From the NCBI GenBank assembly GCA_035699085.1, contig DASSBG010000004.1:50281-114280 (forward strand): a stretch of 64,000 nucleotides of DNA, given 5' to 3'. Shown one piece after another: positions 43,872 through 52,873 of the stretch. Each line of letters opens with the position of its first letter. Position 1 is the stretch's first letter. The translations under genes were made by a program, and so were the position numbers. This stretch comes from Rhodanobacteraceae bacterium (GTDB lineage Bacteria > Pseudomonadota > Gammaproteobacteria > Xanthomonadales > Rhodanobacteraceae). The notes under the pieces are model-generated. The model did not search any database. It was not told where the DNA came from and was given only the letters and a program-made list of their open reading frames with translations.

Positions 43872-44345
43872 GGGACTCGGGATTACCCGGGACCGGGGAC
43901 CCGGGGCCCGGGACCGGAAAAGCGCGGGATCGGCTTGCCGGATCCGAGCAGCGACGCGGCCGCGCTGCGCACTGAGGCGCCGCATCGGCGCGGCGTCCGC
44001 CGGCCGTCGTGCGCGACCAGCCGAGGAGCCTGCATCGTCCGCGTTCAGACGCACGCGGGACCCGGGACCGGGGACCGGGGACCGGAAAAAAAAAGCGCGG
44101 GATCGGCTTGCCGGATGCGACCAGCGACGCGGCCGCGCTGCCTGTTCGAAGCGCCGCATCAGGCGACGGGTGCAGCCCTGCAGTCGCCACGGGCCGGGGC
44201 GCAATCCGCGTCATCCGCGTTGACGTGCCCACGCGTCGTCCCCGAGTCCCGGGGCCATGCGGTGGCAATCGTGGCGCGGCCATGTCGTCGGCGGCTGCTG
44301 CGCGGCTGATCCCGCGCCTTTACGGGTCCCGGGTCCCCGGTCCCG
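43872..44345. repeat. two direct copies (~170-bp period) and one inverted partial copy of an array-plus-core unit
   Basis: Array 43872-43916 followed by AAAAGCGCGGGATCGGCTTGCCGGATCCGAGCAGCGACGCGGCCGCGCTGC. Array 44057-44085 followed by AAAAGCGCGGGATCGGCTTGCCGGATGCGACCAGCGACGCGGCCGCGCTGC. Inverted GATCCCGCGCCTTTACGGGTCCCGGGTCCCCGGTCCCG at 44308-44345. Confidence 0.9.
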
Positions 44346-44350
44346 CGCCT

Positions 44351-45973
44351 TCAGGGGTTCCCTCGAATCAACGACAGACCCCGAGCGAGGAATGCGCGCA
44401 ACGCGGCGGCGCACGCGTCGCCGCCGCCGTGGGCGGCGGACCATGTGGCTTGGCGGGCCAGCAGTGCGGCGGCCGTGGTTCGCGCCAGCGTGAAGGCGAG
44501 GTCACGGGCGCCGGCTTGCAGCCGCGCGTTGTCACCGGCAGCCGTGGCGACGAAGGCGTCGGCACCCTCCAGCGCCGCGCGAACCGCGCTTGCCGCGTCC
44601 GGGTTGGCGGCTTCGGCGAGCAGGGCGTCGATGGCGGTTCGCAGCGGCGCCAGCCCGTCCTTGGCCAGCGCGCGCAGCGCGTCCAGTGACAGAACGTTGG
44701 TGGTGCCTTCCCAGATAGGGTAGACCTGCGCGTCACGCAGCAGTTGCGGCAGGCCGGTGTCCTCGATGTAGCCGTTGCCGCCGAAGCATTCCAGCGTTTC
44801 GCTGGCGAGGCGCACCGCCAGTTTGCCGGTCCACAATTTGGCCAGTGGCGTCAGCAGGCGCAGCAGCGCCGGTTCGTGGGCGGCCGCCACCCCGGCTTCG
44901 ACGCGACCCAAAAGCTCGGCGACATGGAAGGCCAGCGCAAAGGCGCCGGCAAACGCGGCTTGCATTTCCGCCAGCGTGCGCGCGTGCAGCGGTTGCTCGA
45001 TCAGCGGCCGGCCGAAGGCCTGTCGTCGTGTTGCGTAGTCGGTGGCGAGCGCAACGCAGCGGGCCATGCTGGCCACGGCGCCGATGGCATTCCAGGTGCG
45101 GGTGACATTGAGCATCGGCACCACCTGGCGCACGCCATGCGCCAGTTCGCCCAGCGGCCATGCTGGCACGCCGTCGAGATGGATTTCCGCGGTCGGCAGT
45201 TCGCGCGTGCCGAGCTTGTCCTTCAGGCGATCGATGGTGAGGCCGTTCCAGCGGCCTTCCGCGTCCCTGGTCTCGACGTAGAACAGCGCCAGCGCATCAC
45301 CGGTGCTGCCCGCGCCTTCGGGCCGCGCCAGCGCCAGCGCCGCCTCACCGACGATGGCGGAGGTGAACCACTTGCGTCCGTGCAGGCGCCACTGGCCGGC
45401 GTTGTCACGGCGGGCGACGGTCTCGGTGTGGCCGACGTCGGAACCGCCGATGTTTTCGGTCATCCACTGGCCCGACAGCCACAGCGCGCCGGCCTTGCGG
45501 CTGAGGAAATGTGGCAGCGCGCGGTCCATCAGTTCGCGGTTGCCGCTGGCCTTGATCGCGGTGGCTGCGCCATCGGTCATCGCCAGTGGGCAGGTGTAGA
45601 ACTCGCTGGCGACGTGGTAGAGGTAAACCCGTGCGAATTGCTCCAGCCGCGCATGCGGACCGGCGGTGGCGTCGTGGCCGGCGGCCAGCAGGCCGTGGCG
45701 CGCGGTCAGGGCCGGGCCTTCCAGCCAGGCATCCGTCAACGCCACCCGGTCGACGCGCTCGCCCCACGGCCCCCACTGCGTCAGCACGGGCTCGCGTCGC
45801 GGCATCTGCAGGCGCCGCGCATAGGCCATCAGCGCGTAGTCCGCCAGCGCCTCAAGGTCCGGCAGCAAGGCTTCGCGCCGCGCGGCTGGCAGCGCACGCG
45901 CCAGCAGGTTGCGCAGCAGCGGGTCGGCATGCAGCGGGTGCGGCAGTTGCGGCGGTGCTTGCAGAAAGCCCAT
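44351..45973 (-). CDS. acyl-CoA dehydrogenase family protein (AidB-like)
   Basis: ORF trimmed to MGFLQAPPQLPHPL. Contains WMTENIGGSDVG, KWFTSA and YPIWEGTTNV, typical ACAD motifs in a long-N-terminus AidB-type architecture. Confidence 0.88.
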   Translation of the reverse strand: MGFLQAPPQLPHPLHADPLLRNLLARALPAARREALLPDLEALADYALMAYARRLQMPRREPVLTQWGPWGERVDRVALTDAWLEGPALTARHGLLAAGHDATAGPHARLEQFARVYLYHVASEFYTCPLAMTDGAATAIKASGNRELMDRALPHFLSRKAGALWLSGQWMTENIGGSDVGHTETVARRDNAGQWRLHGRKWFTSAIVGEAALALARPEGAGSTGDALALFYVETRDAEGRWNGLTIDRLKDKLGTRELPTAEIHLDGVPAWPLGELAHGVRQVVPMLNVTRTWNAIGAVASMARCVALATDYATRRQAFGRPLIEQPLHARTLAEMQAAFAGAFALAFHVAELLGRVEAGVAAAHEPALLRLLTPLAKLWTGKLAVRLASETLECFGGNGYIEDTGLPQLLRDAQVYPIWEGTTNVLSLDALRALAKDGLAPLRTAIDALLAEAANPDAASAVRAALEGADAFVATAAGDNARLQAGARDLAFTLARTTAAALLARQATWSAAHGGGDACAAALRAFLARGLSLIRGNP

Positions 45974-46040
45974 GGCCTTCGGTCCCGGACGGCTTGGTCC
46001 GATTATAGGCAGCCGCGGCGCAACGGGCCGCGTGACGCGC

Positions 46041-46415
46041 TCATCGCGCGGTGGTCGGTTTCTGCTTCGGCGCACGTACACCGCAGGCGCCGATCAGCAC
46101 CACGCTCAGCGCGATCTCGACGAAGGCGAGCAGGCGCTGCTCGGGCGCCAGCCACGCCTGGCTGACGCCCTGGCAAAAGTACAGCAGCGCGACCATGCCC
46201 GCCCACAGCAGTGCCCGTTGCGGCCGGCGCAGGGCCAGCAGTGGCAGCAGCAAGGGCACGACGACAATCGCCAGCGCGAGGCCGGGTGGAAGGAAGGGCG
46301 AGGGCCACAGCCACCAATGCCAGGCGAACTGCAGCACCAGCAGCGCGCTCCAGGCGGCGAAGCCGACGCGGCGCGCGTTGCGCATGCGGGTGGGCGTGCC
46401 GACCGTCGCGGTCAC
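46041..46415 (-). CDS. DUF2069-like membrane protein
   Basis: Small membrane protein in the classic position downstream of wrbA. The GTG at 46415 overlaps the wrbA stop (GTGA). An alternative ATG lies at 46385 (MRNARRVGFAAWSALLVLQFAWHWWLW). Confidence 0.65.
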   Translation of the reverse strand: MTATVGTPTRMRNARRVGFAAWSALLVLQFAWHWWLWPSPFLPPGLALAIVVVPLLLPLLALRRPQRALLWAGMVALLYFCQGVSQAWLAPEQRLLAFVEIALSVVLIGACGVRAPKQKPTTAR

Positions 46416-47014
46416 GCGTGATCCCCCAGACGAAGGGTGATGTCGGCCAGGCGCCGGCCCAGCGCGCGCGCCAGTTGCCGCTCCTCGTCGCTGATCGGCC
46501 GGTCGCCCTCCAGGCCGGCGACGTGACTGGCGCCGTACGGCGTGCCGCCGCTGCGGGTGGTGTTGAGCGCCGGCTCGGTGAACGGAATGCCGACGATCAG
46601 CATGCCGTGGTGCAGCAGCGGCAGCATCATCGACAGCAGCGTCGACTCCTGGCCGCCATGCATCGTGGATGTCGAGGTAAACACAGCCGCCGGCTTGCCG
46701 GACAGCGTGCCCGAGGCCCATTCGGCGGCAGTCGAGTCAAGAAAATGCTTCAGCGGCGCCGCCATGTTGCCGAAGCGTGTCGGGCTGCCCATCGCCAGGG
46801 CCGCGCACTCGGCCAGATCGGTTTTGTCGACATACGGCGCGCCGGCGTCCGGCTCGGGTGGTTGCGCACTTCGGGTGACTGGAGCCACCGGTGGCACCTG
46901 GCGCAGGCGGGCCTGCATTCCCGGCACTTCCTCGATGCCGCGAGCAACCAACCGCGCCAGCTGCGCAACGCTGCCGTTGCGGCTGTAGTAGAGGACCAGG
47001 ATTTCCCGATTCAT
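46412..47014 (-). CDS. wrbA: NAD(P)H:quinone oxidoreductase, flavodoxin-like (WrbA type)
   Basis: Trimmed to MNREILVLYYSRNGSVAQLARLVARG. Contains GSPTRFGNMAAPLKHFLD and GGQE. Confidence 0.88.
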   Translation of the reverse strand: MNREILVLYYSRNGSVAQLARLVARGIEEVPGMQARLRQVPPVAPVTRSAQPPEPDAGAPYVDKTDLAECAALAMGSPTRFGNMAAPLKHFLDSTAAEWASGTLSGKPAAVFTSTSTMHGGQESTLLSMMLPLLHHGMLIVGIPFTEPALNTTRSGGTPYGASHVAGLEGDRPISDEERQLARALGRRLADITLRLGDHA

Positions 47015-47093
47015 CGCGTGGCGGTGTCCGCTGACTGGTTTCGTTCGCACGTGGTGCGCTAGTCTCGCAGATATCCGCACTCCGGACGACGTC

Positions 47094-48356
47094 ATGGCTG
47101 CACGTTTCGACCGCGACCGCGCCATCGCCTTCTCCAGCTTCCTCTGGAAGCGCTACCTCGATGACAAGTGTTTCGAGACGGCGGGCGCGCTGTCCTACAC
47201 CACCTTGTTCGCGATCGTGCCACTGATGGCGGCGATCTTGGGCATCCTCTCGGCATTCCCGGTGTTCGGCGACTGGTCGAACGCACTGACCGATTTCGTG
47301 TTCCGAAACTTCGTCCCGACCGCCGGCGACACCATCCGGCATTACATCCTGCAATTCGCCGCCAACGCCAGCAAACTGACGGCGATCGGCATCATCGTGC
47401 TGCTGGCCAGTGCGCTGATGATGTTGTGGGCGATCGAGGACCGGCTCAATCGCATCTGGCGGGTGAAAACGCGGCGCTCAAGCGTCTCGCGCTTCCTGCT
47501 TTACTGGGTCGCGCTGACGCTGGGCCCGATCCTGGTGGTGACCGGCCTGGCGGTGTCGTCCTACCTGTTCGCGCTGAGCGGCGCACAGGCCGAATTCAGC
47601 CCGGCGGGGCCGCTGCTGCGCGTGGTCTCGTTCCTGGTCACGCTGATCGCGTTGCTGGCGATGTACAAGCTGATACCGAACCGCGTGGTGCACTGGCGGC
47701 ATGCTGCCATCGGTGCAGTGTTGGCCGCCGTGCTGTTCGAATTCGCGCGCATGGCGTTCGGCCTGTATGTCGCTTCGATGGACTCCTACAAGCAGATCTA
47801 CGGCGCGGTGGCGGTGGTGCCGATCTTCCTGATCTGGATCTTCATCAGCTGGAACATCGTGCTGCTGGGTGCGTCCATTGCCGCGTCGCTGTCGTCGTTC
47901 CAGTACCGGCCGAAGTCCGAGCAGCTGCCGGCGGGCGCCGAATTCATCGGCCTGCTCGCCGTGCTGCGGCATTTTGTCGAGGCCCAGCGCGAGGGCCGCG
48001 GCCTGCACAGCGACGAGCTCTGCGCGCGAGAGGAGTACCTGTCCGATGACCTGCTGCAGCGCTATCTGGGCGACATGCAGGAGGCACGCCTGATCGAGCG
48101 CAGCGAGGATGGCGACTGGATGTTGATGCGCAGCCTCGACACCGCAACCCTGGCCGACGTCTACGAGACGGGCGAATACCGGCTGCCGCTTGAGCCGGGC
48201 ATCATGGCAAAATGGGGCGCCGACCTGCCGCCGCCATTGCGCGAGGTGCTGAACGCAACCGTCGACACCTTGCGCCGCCAGCTGGGCGCGCAACTGGCCG
48301 GGGCGTTCCCGCGTCCCGAATCACCGTCCTCGTCGACCACAGCCGAGCGCCCATGA
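47094..48356 (+). CDS. yihY: YihY/BrkB family inner-membrane protein
   Basis: ALSYTTLFAIVPLMA..., six TM segments, YGAVAVVPIFLIWIFISWNIVLLGA, plus a C-terminal soluble extension. Confidence 0.88.
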   Translation: MAARFDRDRAIAFSSFLWKRYLDDKCFETAGALSYTTLFAIVPLMAAILGILSAFPVFGDWSNALTDFVFRNFVPTAGDTIRHYILQFAANASKLTAIGIIVLLASALMMLWAIEDRLNRIWRVKTRRSSVSRFLLYWVALTLGPILVVTGLAVSSYLFALSGAQAEFSPAGPLLRVVSFLVTLIALLAMYKLIPNRVVHWRHAAIGAVLAAVLFEFARMAFGLYVASMDSYKQIYGAVAVVPIFLIWIFISWNIVLLGASIAASLSSFQYRPKSEQLPAGAEFIGLLAVLRHFVEAQREGRGLHSDELCAREEYLSDDLLQRYLGDMQEARLIERSEDGDWMLMRSLDTATLADVYETGEYRLPLEPGIMAKWGADLPPPLREVLNATVDTLRRQLGAQLAGAFPRPESPSSSTTAERP

Positions 48357-48826
48357 AACGCCTGCTTGCCGCCTTCCTCCTGGTCACCTTCGCCACCTTC
48401 GGCGCGGCCTGCGCCGGCCAGATGCCCGAGCATCCACAGCTGTCGGTGACGACGCTTGACGGCGGCCACTTCGACCTTGCGGCGCAGCGCGGCAAATGGG
48501 TAATCGTCAACTACTGGGCGACTTGGTGCCGGCCCTGCATCAAGGAGATGCCGGACATCTCCGCCTTCGTGCAGCAGCACGCGAACGTGCGGGCGATAGG
48601 GCTCGCCTACGACGATTCGCCGAAGACCGATATCGTCGCGTTCGCCGCCAAGCACCCGGTGGTCTACCCGCTGGCGCAGGTCGACACCATGAACCCGCCC
48701 AAGGATTTCAGCGTGCCGCGCGGCCTGCCGACCACCTGGCTGATCGGCCCGGACGGCCGGGTCGCGCATACCTTCCTCGGGCCGGTGACCGCGGCCGAGC
48801 TGGGCAAGATAATCGACGCGCCGTGA
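48353..48826 (+). CDS. TlpA-like periplasmic thiol:disulfide oxidoreductase
   Basis: Trimmed to MKRLLAAFLLVTFATFGAACAG. Thioredoxin motif YWATWCRPC. ATGA overlap with yihY. Confidence 0.88.
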   Translation: MKRLLAAFLLVTFATFGAACAGQMPEHPQLSVTTLDGGHFDLAAQRGKWVIVNYWATWCRPCIKEMPDISAFVQQHANVRAIGLAYDDSPKTDIVAFAAKHPVVYPLAQVDTMNPPKDFSVPRGLPTTWLIGPDGRVAHTFLGPVTAAELGKIIDAP

Positions 48827-49092
48827 GCTGCGTGCGCTTCCTGGTCGGCGGCACCGTGCAGGGCGTGTTTTTTCGCGCCTCGGCCCGCGAGCAGGCGTTG
48901 CGCGACGGCATCGACGGCTGGGCGCGCAACCTGCCTGATGGCCGGGTGGAAGTGGTCGCCGCCAGCGCCGACCCAGCGGCGCTCGATCGCCTGGAAGCAT
49001 GGCTGCACCACGGCCCGCCCGCTGCCCGCGTCGACCACGTCGCGCGCGAGCGGCTGGACACGCCGCCGCCGCCCGGCTTCCACGTTCGCTGA
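48823..49092 (+). CDS. acyP: acylphosphatase
   Basis: The GTG start overlaps the upstream stop (GTGA). Protein reads VSCVRFLVGGTVQGVFFRASAREQALRDGIDGWARNLPDGRVEV, the acylphosphatase signature. Confidence 0.88.
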   Translation: MSCVRFLVGGTVQGVFFRASAREQALRDGIDGWARNLPDGRVEVVAASADPAALDRLEAWLHHGPPAARVDHVARERLDTPPPPGFHVR

Positions 49093-49183
49093 CGGGCGCG
49101 GCCCGACCGCAGGCGAGCCGATTACTCCTTTGCACGACACAAGGCAAAGCCATTGCAAGGAAGACGCGAGCCTCAGGGCGCCC

Positions 49184-50025
49184 CTAATAGGTGCGAAGCT
49201 GGTCGCCTGATTCGGCGCCAGGGCGGGGAATAATTGGACGCGACCTGCCGTACTTTGCGATATGCATCTTTCGCAGGCGATGAAAAATAACCGCTGCCTG
49301 GCTGTCTATCTCCGCCAGTGCGTATCGATCGAATTGCGGGTATAGCTTGTAGAGGTATCCTGCCGCCTTGGTGTCGCCCATCAGGTAAGCCAGCCGAAGA
49401 TGGGCGGCTGCCATGTATCGGTCGGCGTTTGGGTTCTTTCCGAGTCGAGCCATTCTGCCCAGCCATACTGCGCGTAAACAGAACCCTCTTCTCGTGCTTT
49501 TGCCAGATACTGCAATGCCTGCGAAACATCGCCTTTCCGCAGGAGAGCCGTCCCCAGCAGGCTCGTCGCAACCAGATTGCCGTTGCCGCTGAGTGTCCGT
49601 AGCGCAACCGGGTCCAGACCCGCGATGTTCTGAAGTTGCTCCTGAGTTGGAAAGCCTCGACTGCTCATCCATGCGGCTTCGGCCGCCGATCGCGCGGCGA
49701 ATGGATCGTCGAGGTCACAGGTGGGGCAGGCGTATGCTTGGACCAGCTCTGCACGAACAGCAGCCGCGGAACCTGGTGAAACCGGTACAAGCGTCACATG
49801 CGACTGTGGCACAGCCAGCTTGACGGTACCATTTGCCGGCTGTCGCGTCGCCGCTACTGTACTGATCGAGCTGGGGCGCGCCGCTGCCGGCACAACCGGT
49901 GCTTGGCGCACATCATTCCGAGCACTCTCTGCCGCAGGAGCGTTGTGCAAGACGGCCCATACACAGCCGAAGGCAACAACGACGGCAGCGCCGAGAAGGA
50001 ACGTTCGCAAGGTCATGGTGCGCAC
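49184..50025 (-). pseudogene. membrane-anchored Sel1/TPR-like repeat protein, apparently frame-disrupted (or two overlapping ORFs)
   Basis: ORF 49381..50025 (MRTMTLRTFLLGAAVVVAFGCVWAV...ALQYLAKAREEGSVYAQYGWAEW) loses its repeat pattern near 49450. The pattern resumes in another frame in ORF 49184..49672 (...LGKNPNADRYMAAAHLRLAYLMGDTKAAGYLYKLY...). Local GC is 52-63% in 60-nt samples. Confidence 0.45.
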
Positions 50026-50117
50026 CTGCTGTCATCAAGTGTTGCCCACCAAGCTGCACAACGTGCATCCTTGGTGGCAAGTTCCCACTTCTCGTGTAGT
50101 GAGTTAGCTGGGCTGAT

Positions 50118-50462
50118 TCAGTTGACAAGGGACGACGGGACCAGATCAGTAACGTCAAACCCGATCCAGTTGAAGGCGTCCAGTGTCGACTGTACTAGCG
50201 AGGGTGACCCCATCTCCCGCGCAATCTGTACCGTTTCATTGCGACAAGCTAGCTCCGCGCCTGTTGGCGAGCTGCCTGGCGCGAACATCCCGCCGCGCGC
50301 TCGCATGCCATCAAGGTACCTGAAAAAGTAAACGGCCAGCGGTTGCGAGGCATGCTTCCGAGCAGTAGCCGCCGCGGAGAACAGATCAATAGGTAACGGA
50401 GGATAGGCAGGCGGCGAGTCAATGGTCTGCACCGCTGCCGGGGCAGCCGATGGGCAGGGCAA
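50118..50462 (-). CDS. hypothetical protein in the low-GC islet (start and intactness uncertain)
   Basis: TTG-started ORF. Upstream, the better-coding frame is that of ORF 50249..50566 (MSGVVDSANMVVATVSRDVGASEATSAVA...), suggesting another frame switch near 50440-50470. No family recognised. Confidence 0.35.
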   Translation of the reverse strand: MPCPSAAPAAVQTIDSPPAYPPLPIDLFSAAATARKHASQPLAVYFFRYLDGMRARGGMFAPGSSPTGAELACRNETVQIAREMGSPSLVQSTLDAFNWIGFDVTDLVPSSLVN

Positions 50463-50768
50463 CCGAGCCGACAGCAGCGAGCAACGGCCGAGGTGGCTTC
50501 CGAAGCGCCCACATCCCGGCTGACCGTGGCAACGACCATGTTGGCCGAGTCTACGACTCCGCTCAACGTCTCAGTCGACTGCCACTGTTTTCGATAGCAC
50601 GACCTCGACCATTTAACGCGCCGCGGGCGCTACGGCCAGGCGAAACCAAAGCAGGCACCCTGGCTTGCGGCGCATCAGTCTGAATCGTGAAGCACCACGA
50701 GTTTCCGACGTCCGGAATCATCCGCCGGTATGCTTGGTCATGGCGCGATCATACGCGTCGGTGGTGCG

Positions 50769-52808
50769 TCAGGCGTCTTCGTCCGCGCGCGGGTTCCAGG
50801 CGTTGCACAGCTCCTTCTGCACTTGAGGCGGCACCGCCTCGTAGTGGCTCAGCTCCATTGCGAAACGGCCCTCGCCGCCGGTCATTGATTTGAGCTCGGT
50901 CTGGTAGTCGCTGAGCTCGGCCAGCGGCACCTGCGCCTTGATCACCAGTTGCTCTCCGCGCGCGCTGTCGGTGCCCAGGATGCGCGCACGTTTTGCTGCC
51001 AGGCCGCCGGTGACATCGCCGACGTTCGCCGCGGGTATGCGTACGTCCACGTTCACCACCGGCTCCAGCACCATCGGCCGCGCCTTGGCCACGGCGTCGA
51101 GGAAGGCCTTGCGGCCGGCGCTGACAAAGGCCACTTCCTTGGAGTCCACGGGGTGGTGCTTGCCGTCGAGCACCACCACGCGCAGGTCCTGCAGGGTGTA
51201 GCCGGCGATGGCGCCGTCCTCCATCGCCTGGCGCACGCCCTTCTCGATGGCCGGCATGAACTGGTTGGGGATGGCGCCGCCCTTGACCTCGTCGGCAAAC
51301 TCGAAGCCGGCGCCCCGCGCCAGCGGCTCGACCCGCAGTGTCACTTCGCCGAATTGCCCGGCACCGCCGGTCTGCTTCTTGTGCCGGTGGTGGCCTTCGG
51401 CCGTTGCGCCGATGGTTTCACGGTAGGCGATGCGCGGGGTCGAGGTCTCGACCTCGACCCCGTAACGTTCGCGCATGCGCTCGATCATCACCCGCAGGTG
51501 CAGGTCACCCAGGCCACGAATCACGGTCTCGTTCAGTTCCTTGTGGTGCTCGACGCGGAAGCAGGGATCTTCTTCGCACAGCTTCTGCAGCGCGCGCGCC
51601 AGCTTCTGCTCCTGGCCCTTGTGCGCTGGTACCACGGCCAGTCCGAACATTGGCTGCGGAAAGGGCAGGGGCTTGAGGTGGATGTGATCCTCCGCATGCG
51701 AATCGTGCAGCACGGCGTTGAAATGGACATCCTCCACCTTGGCGACGGCGGCGATGTCACCCGGCCCGGCCTCGTCGATGTCGACATGGTCGCGGCCGTT
51801 GATGCGGAACAGGTGGCCAACCTTGAACGGCTTGCGGCCGTCGTCGATGAACAGCTGGCTGTCCTTGCGAACGGTGCCCTGATAGATGCGGAATATCCCG
51901 AGCTTGCCGACGAAGGGGTCGTTCACGATCTTGAAAACGTCCGCGACCACGTGGCGCGCCGGGTCGGGCTGCACTTCGATGGCACGCGCGGCGTCGCCGC
52001 TGCCGGTCATGAACGGCGGCGGATTGCCCTCCGCCGGGTTCGGCAGCAGCCGCAGGATGAGGTTGAGCAGTTCCGGGACGCCGGCGCCGCTGCGGGCGCT
52101 GACGAAGCAGATGGGCACCAGGTGGCCCTCGCGCAGGCACTGCTCGAATGCCTCGTGCAGTTCGTCGCCCTGCAGCGCGCCTTCACCGTCGTCCAGATAT
52201 CGCGCCATCACCTGCTCGTCGACCTCGACCACCTGGTCGATGATCTGCTGGTGGGCCTCGGACACCGAGGAGAAGGCAACCTCGCCCTCGCCGCCGCGAA
52301 AACAGTCGACCACGCCATCGCGCGCCCGCGTCGGCAGGTTGATCGGCAGGCACTGGCGACCGAATTCGGCACGCAGCTCGTCGGTCAGCCGGCCGAGGTC
52401 GACGCCGTCGGCGTCGATGTGGTTGACCACCAGCATGCGCGCCAACCCTTGTTCGCGCGCGTAGTGCATCATCCGCCGCGTGCCGTGCTCGATGCCATTG
52501 ACGGCGTTGACCACCATGGCGCAGGTCTCGACCGCCTCCAGCGCCGCCAGCGTTGGTCCGCGAAAATCCGGGTAGCCCGGGGTGTCAAGGAGGTGCAGCC
52601 GGCAGTGTGGCAACTCCACGGTGGCGATGGCGGTGTCTATTGAATGGCCGTGGGCCTTTTCCTGCGCGTCGAAGTCGGACACGGTGGTACCGCGCTCGAT
52701 GCTGCCGGGGCTCTGGACGGCGCCGGCCGCCTGCAGCAGCGCCTCCAGCAAGGTGGTCTTGCCGGCGCCGGCGTGGCCGGCCAGGGCGAGGTTGCGGATC
52801 GAGTCCAT
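50769..52808 (-). CDS. elongation factor G paralog (EF-G-like GTPase)
   Basis: ORF 50769..53231 trimmed to MDSIRNLALAGHAGAGKTTLLEALL (G1), with LLDTPGYPDF (G3) and VVNHID in the G4 position. EF-G domains II-V are recognisable (..GDLHLRVMIERM.., ..GGAGQFGEV..). The upstream part of the ORF is translated heptamer array. Confidence 0.9.
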   Translation of the reverse strand: MDSIRNLALAGHAGAGKTTLLEALLQAAGAVQSPGSIERGTTVSDFDAQEKAHGHSIDTAIATVELPHCRLHLLDTPGYPDFRGPTLAALEAVETCAMVVNAVNGIEHGTRRMMHYAREQGLARMLVVNHIDADGVDLGRLTDELRAEFGRQCLPINLPTRARDGVVDCFRGGEGEVAFSSVSEAHQQIIDQVVEVDEQVMARYLDDGEGALQGDELHEAFEQCLREGHLVPICFVSARSGAGVPELLNLILRLLPNPAEGNPPPFMTGSGDAARAIEVQPDPARHVVADVFKIVNDPFVGKLGIFRIYQGTVRKDSQLFIDDGRKPFKVGHLFRINGRDHVDIDEAGPGDIAAVAKVEDVHFNAVLHDSHAEDHIHLKPLPFPQPMFGLAVVPAHKGQEQKLARALQKLCEEDPCFRVEHHKELNETVIRGLGDLHLRVMIERMRERYGVEVETSTPRIAYRETIGATAEGHHRHKKQTGGAGQFGEVTLRVEPLARGAGFEFADEVKGGAIPNQFMPAIEKGVRQAMEDGAIAGYTLQDLRVVVLDGKHHPVDSKEVAFVSAGRKAFLDAVAKARPMVLEPVVNVDVRIPAANVGDVTGGLAAKRARILGTDSARGEQLVIKAQVPLAELSDYQTELKSMTGGEGRFAMELSHYEAVPPQVQKELCNAWNPRADEDA

Positions 52809-52873
52809 CGGCGTGCCTGCGATGCTGTCCGGGATGCCAAGCCTTGCGCCCCGGCGGCCCGAGGTCAAGTGGC

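Noticed and set aside
49126-49150. Possible terminator hairpin after acyP (CTTTGC-acgacacaag-GCAAAG)
   Set aside because: It has only a 6-bp AT-containing stem with a 10-nt loop and no U-tract, which is too weak to call.
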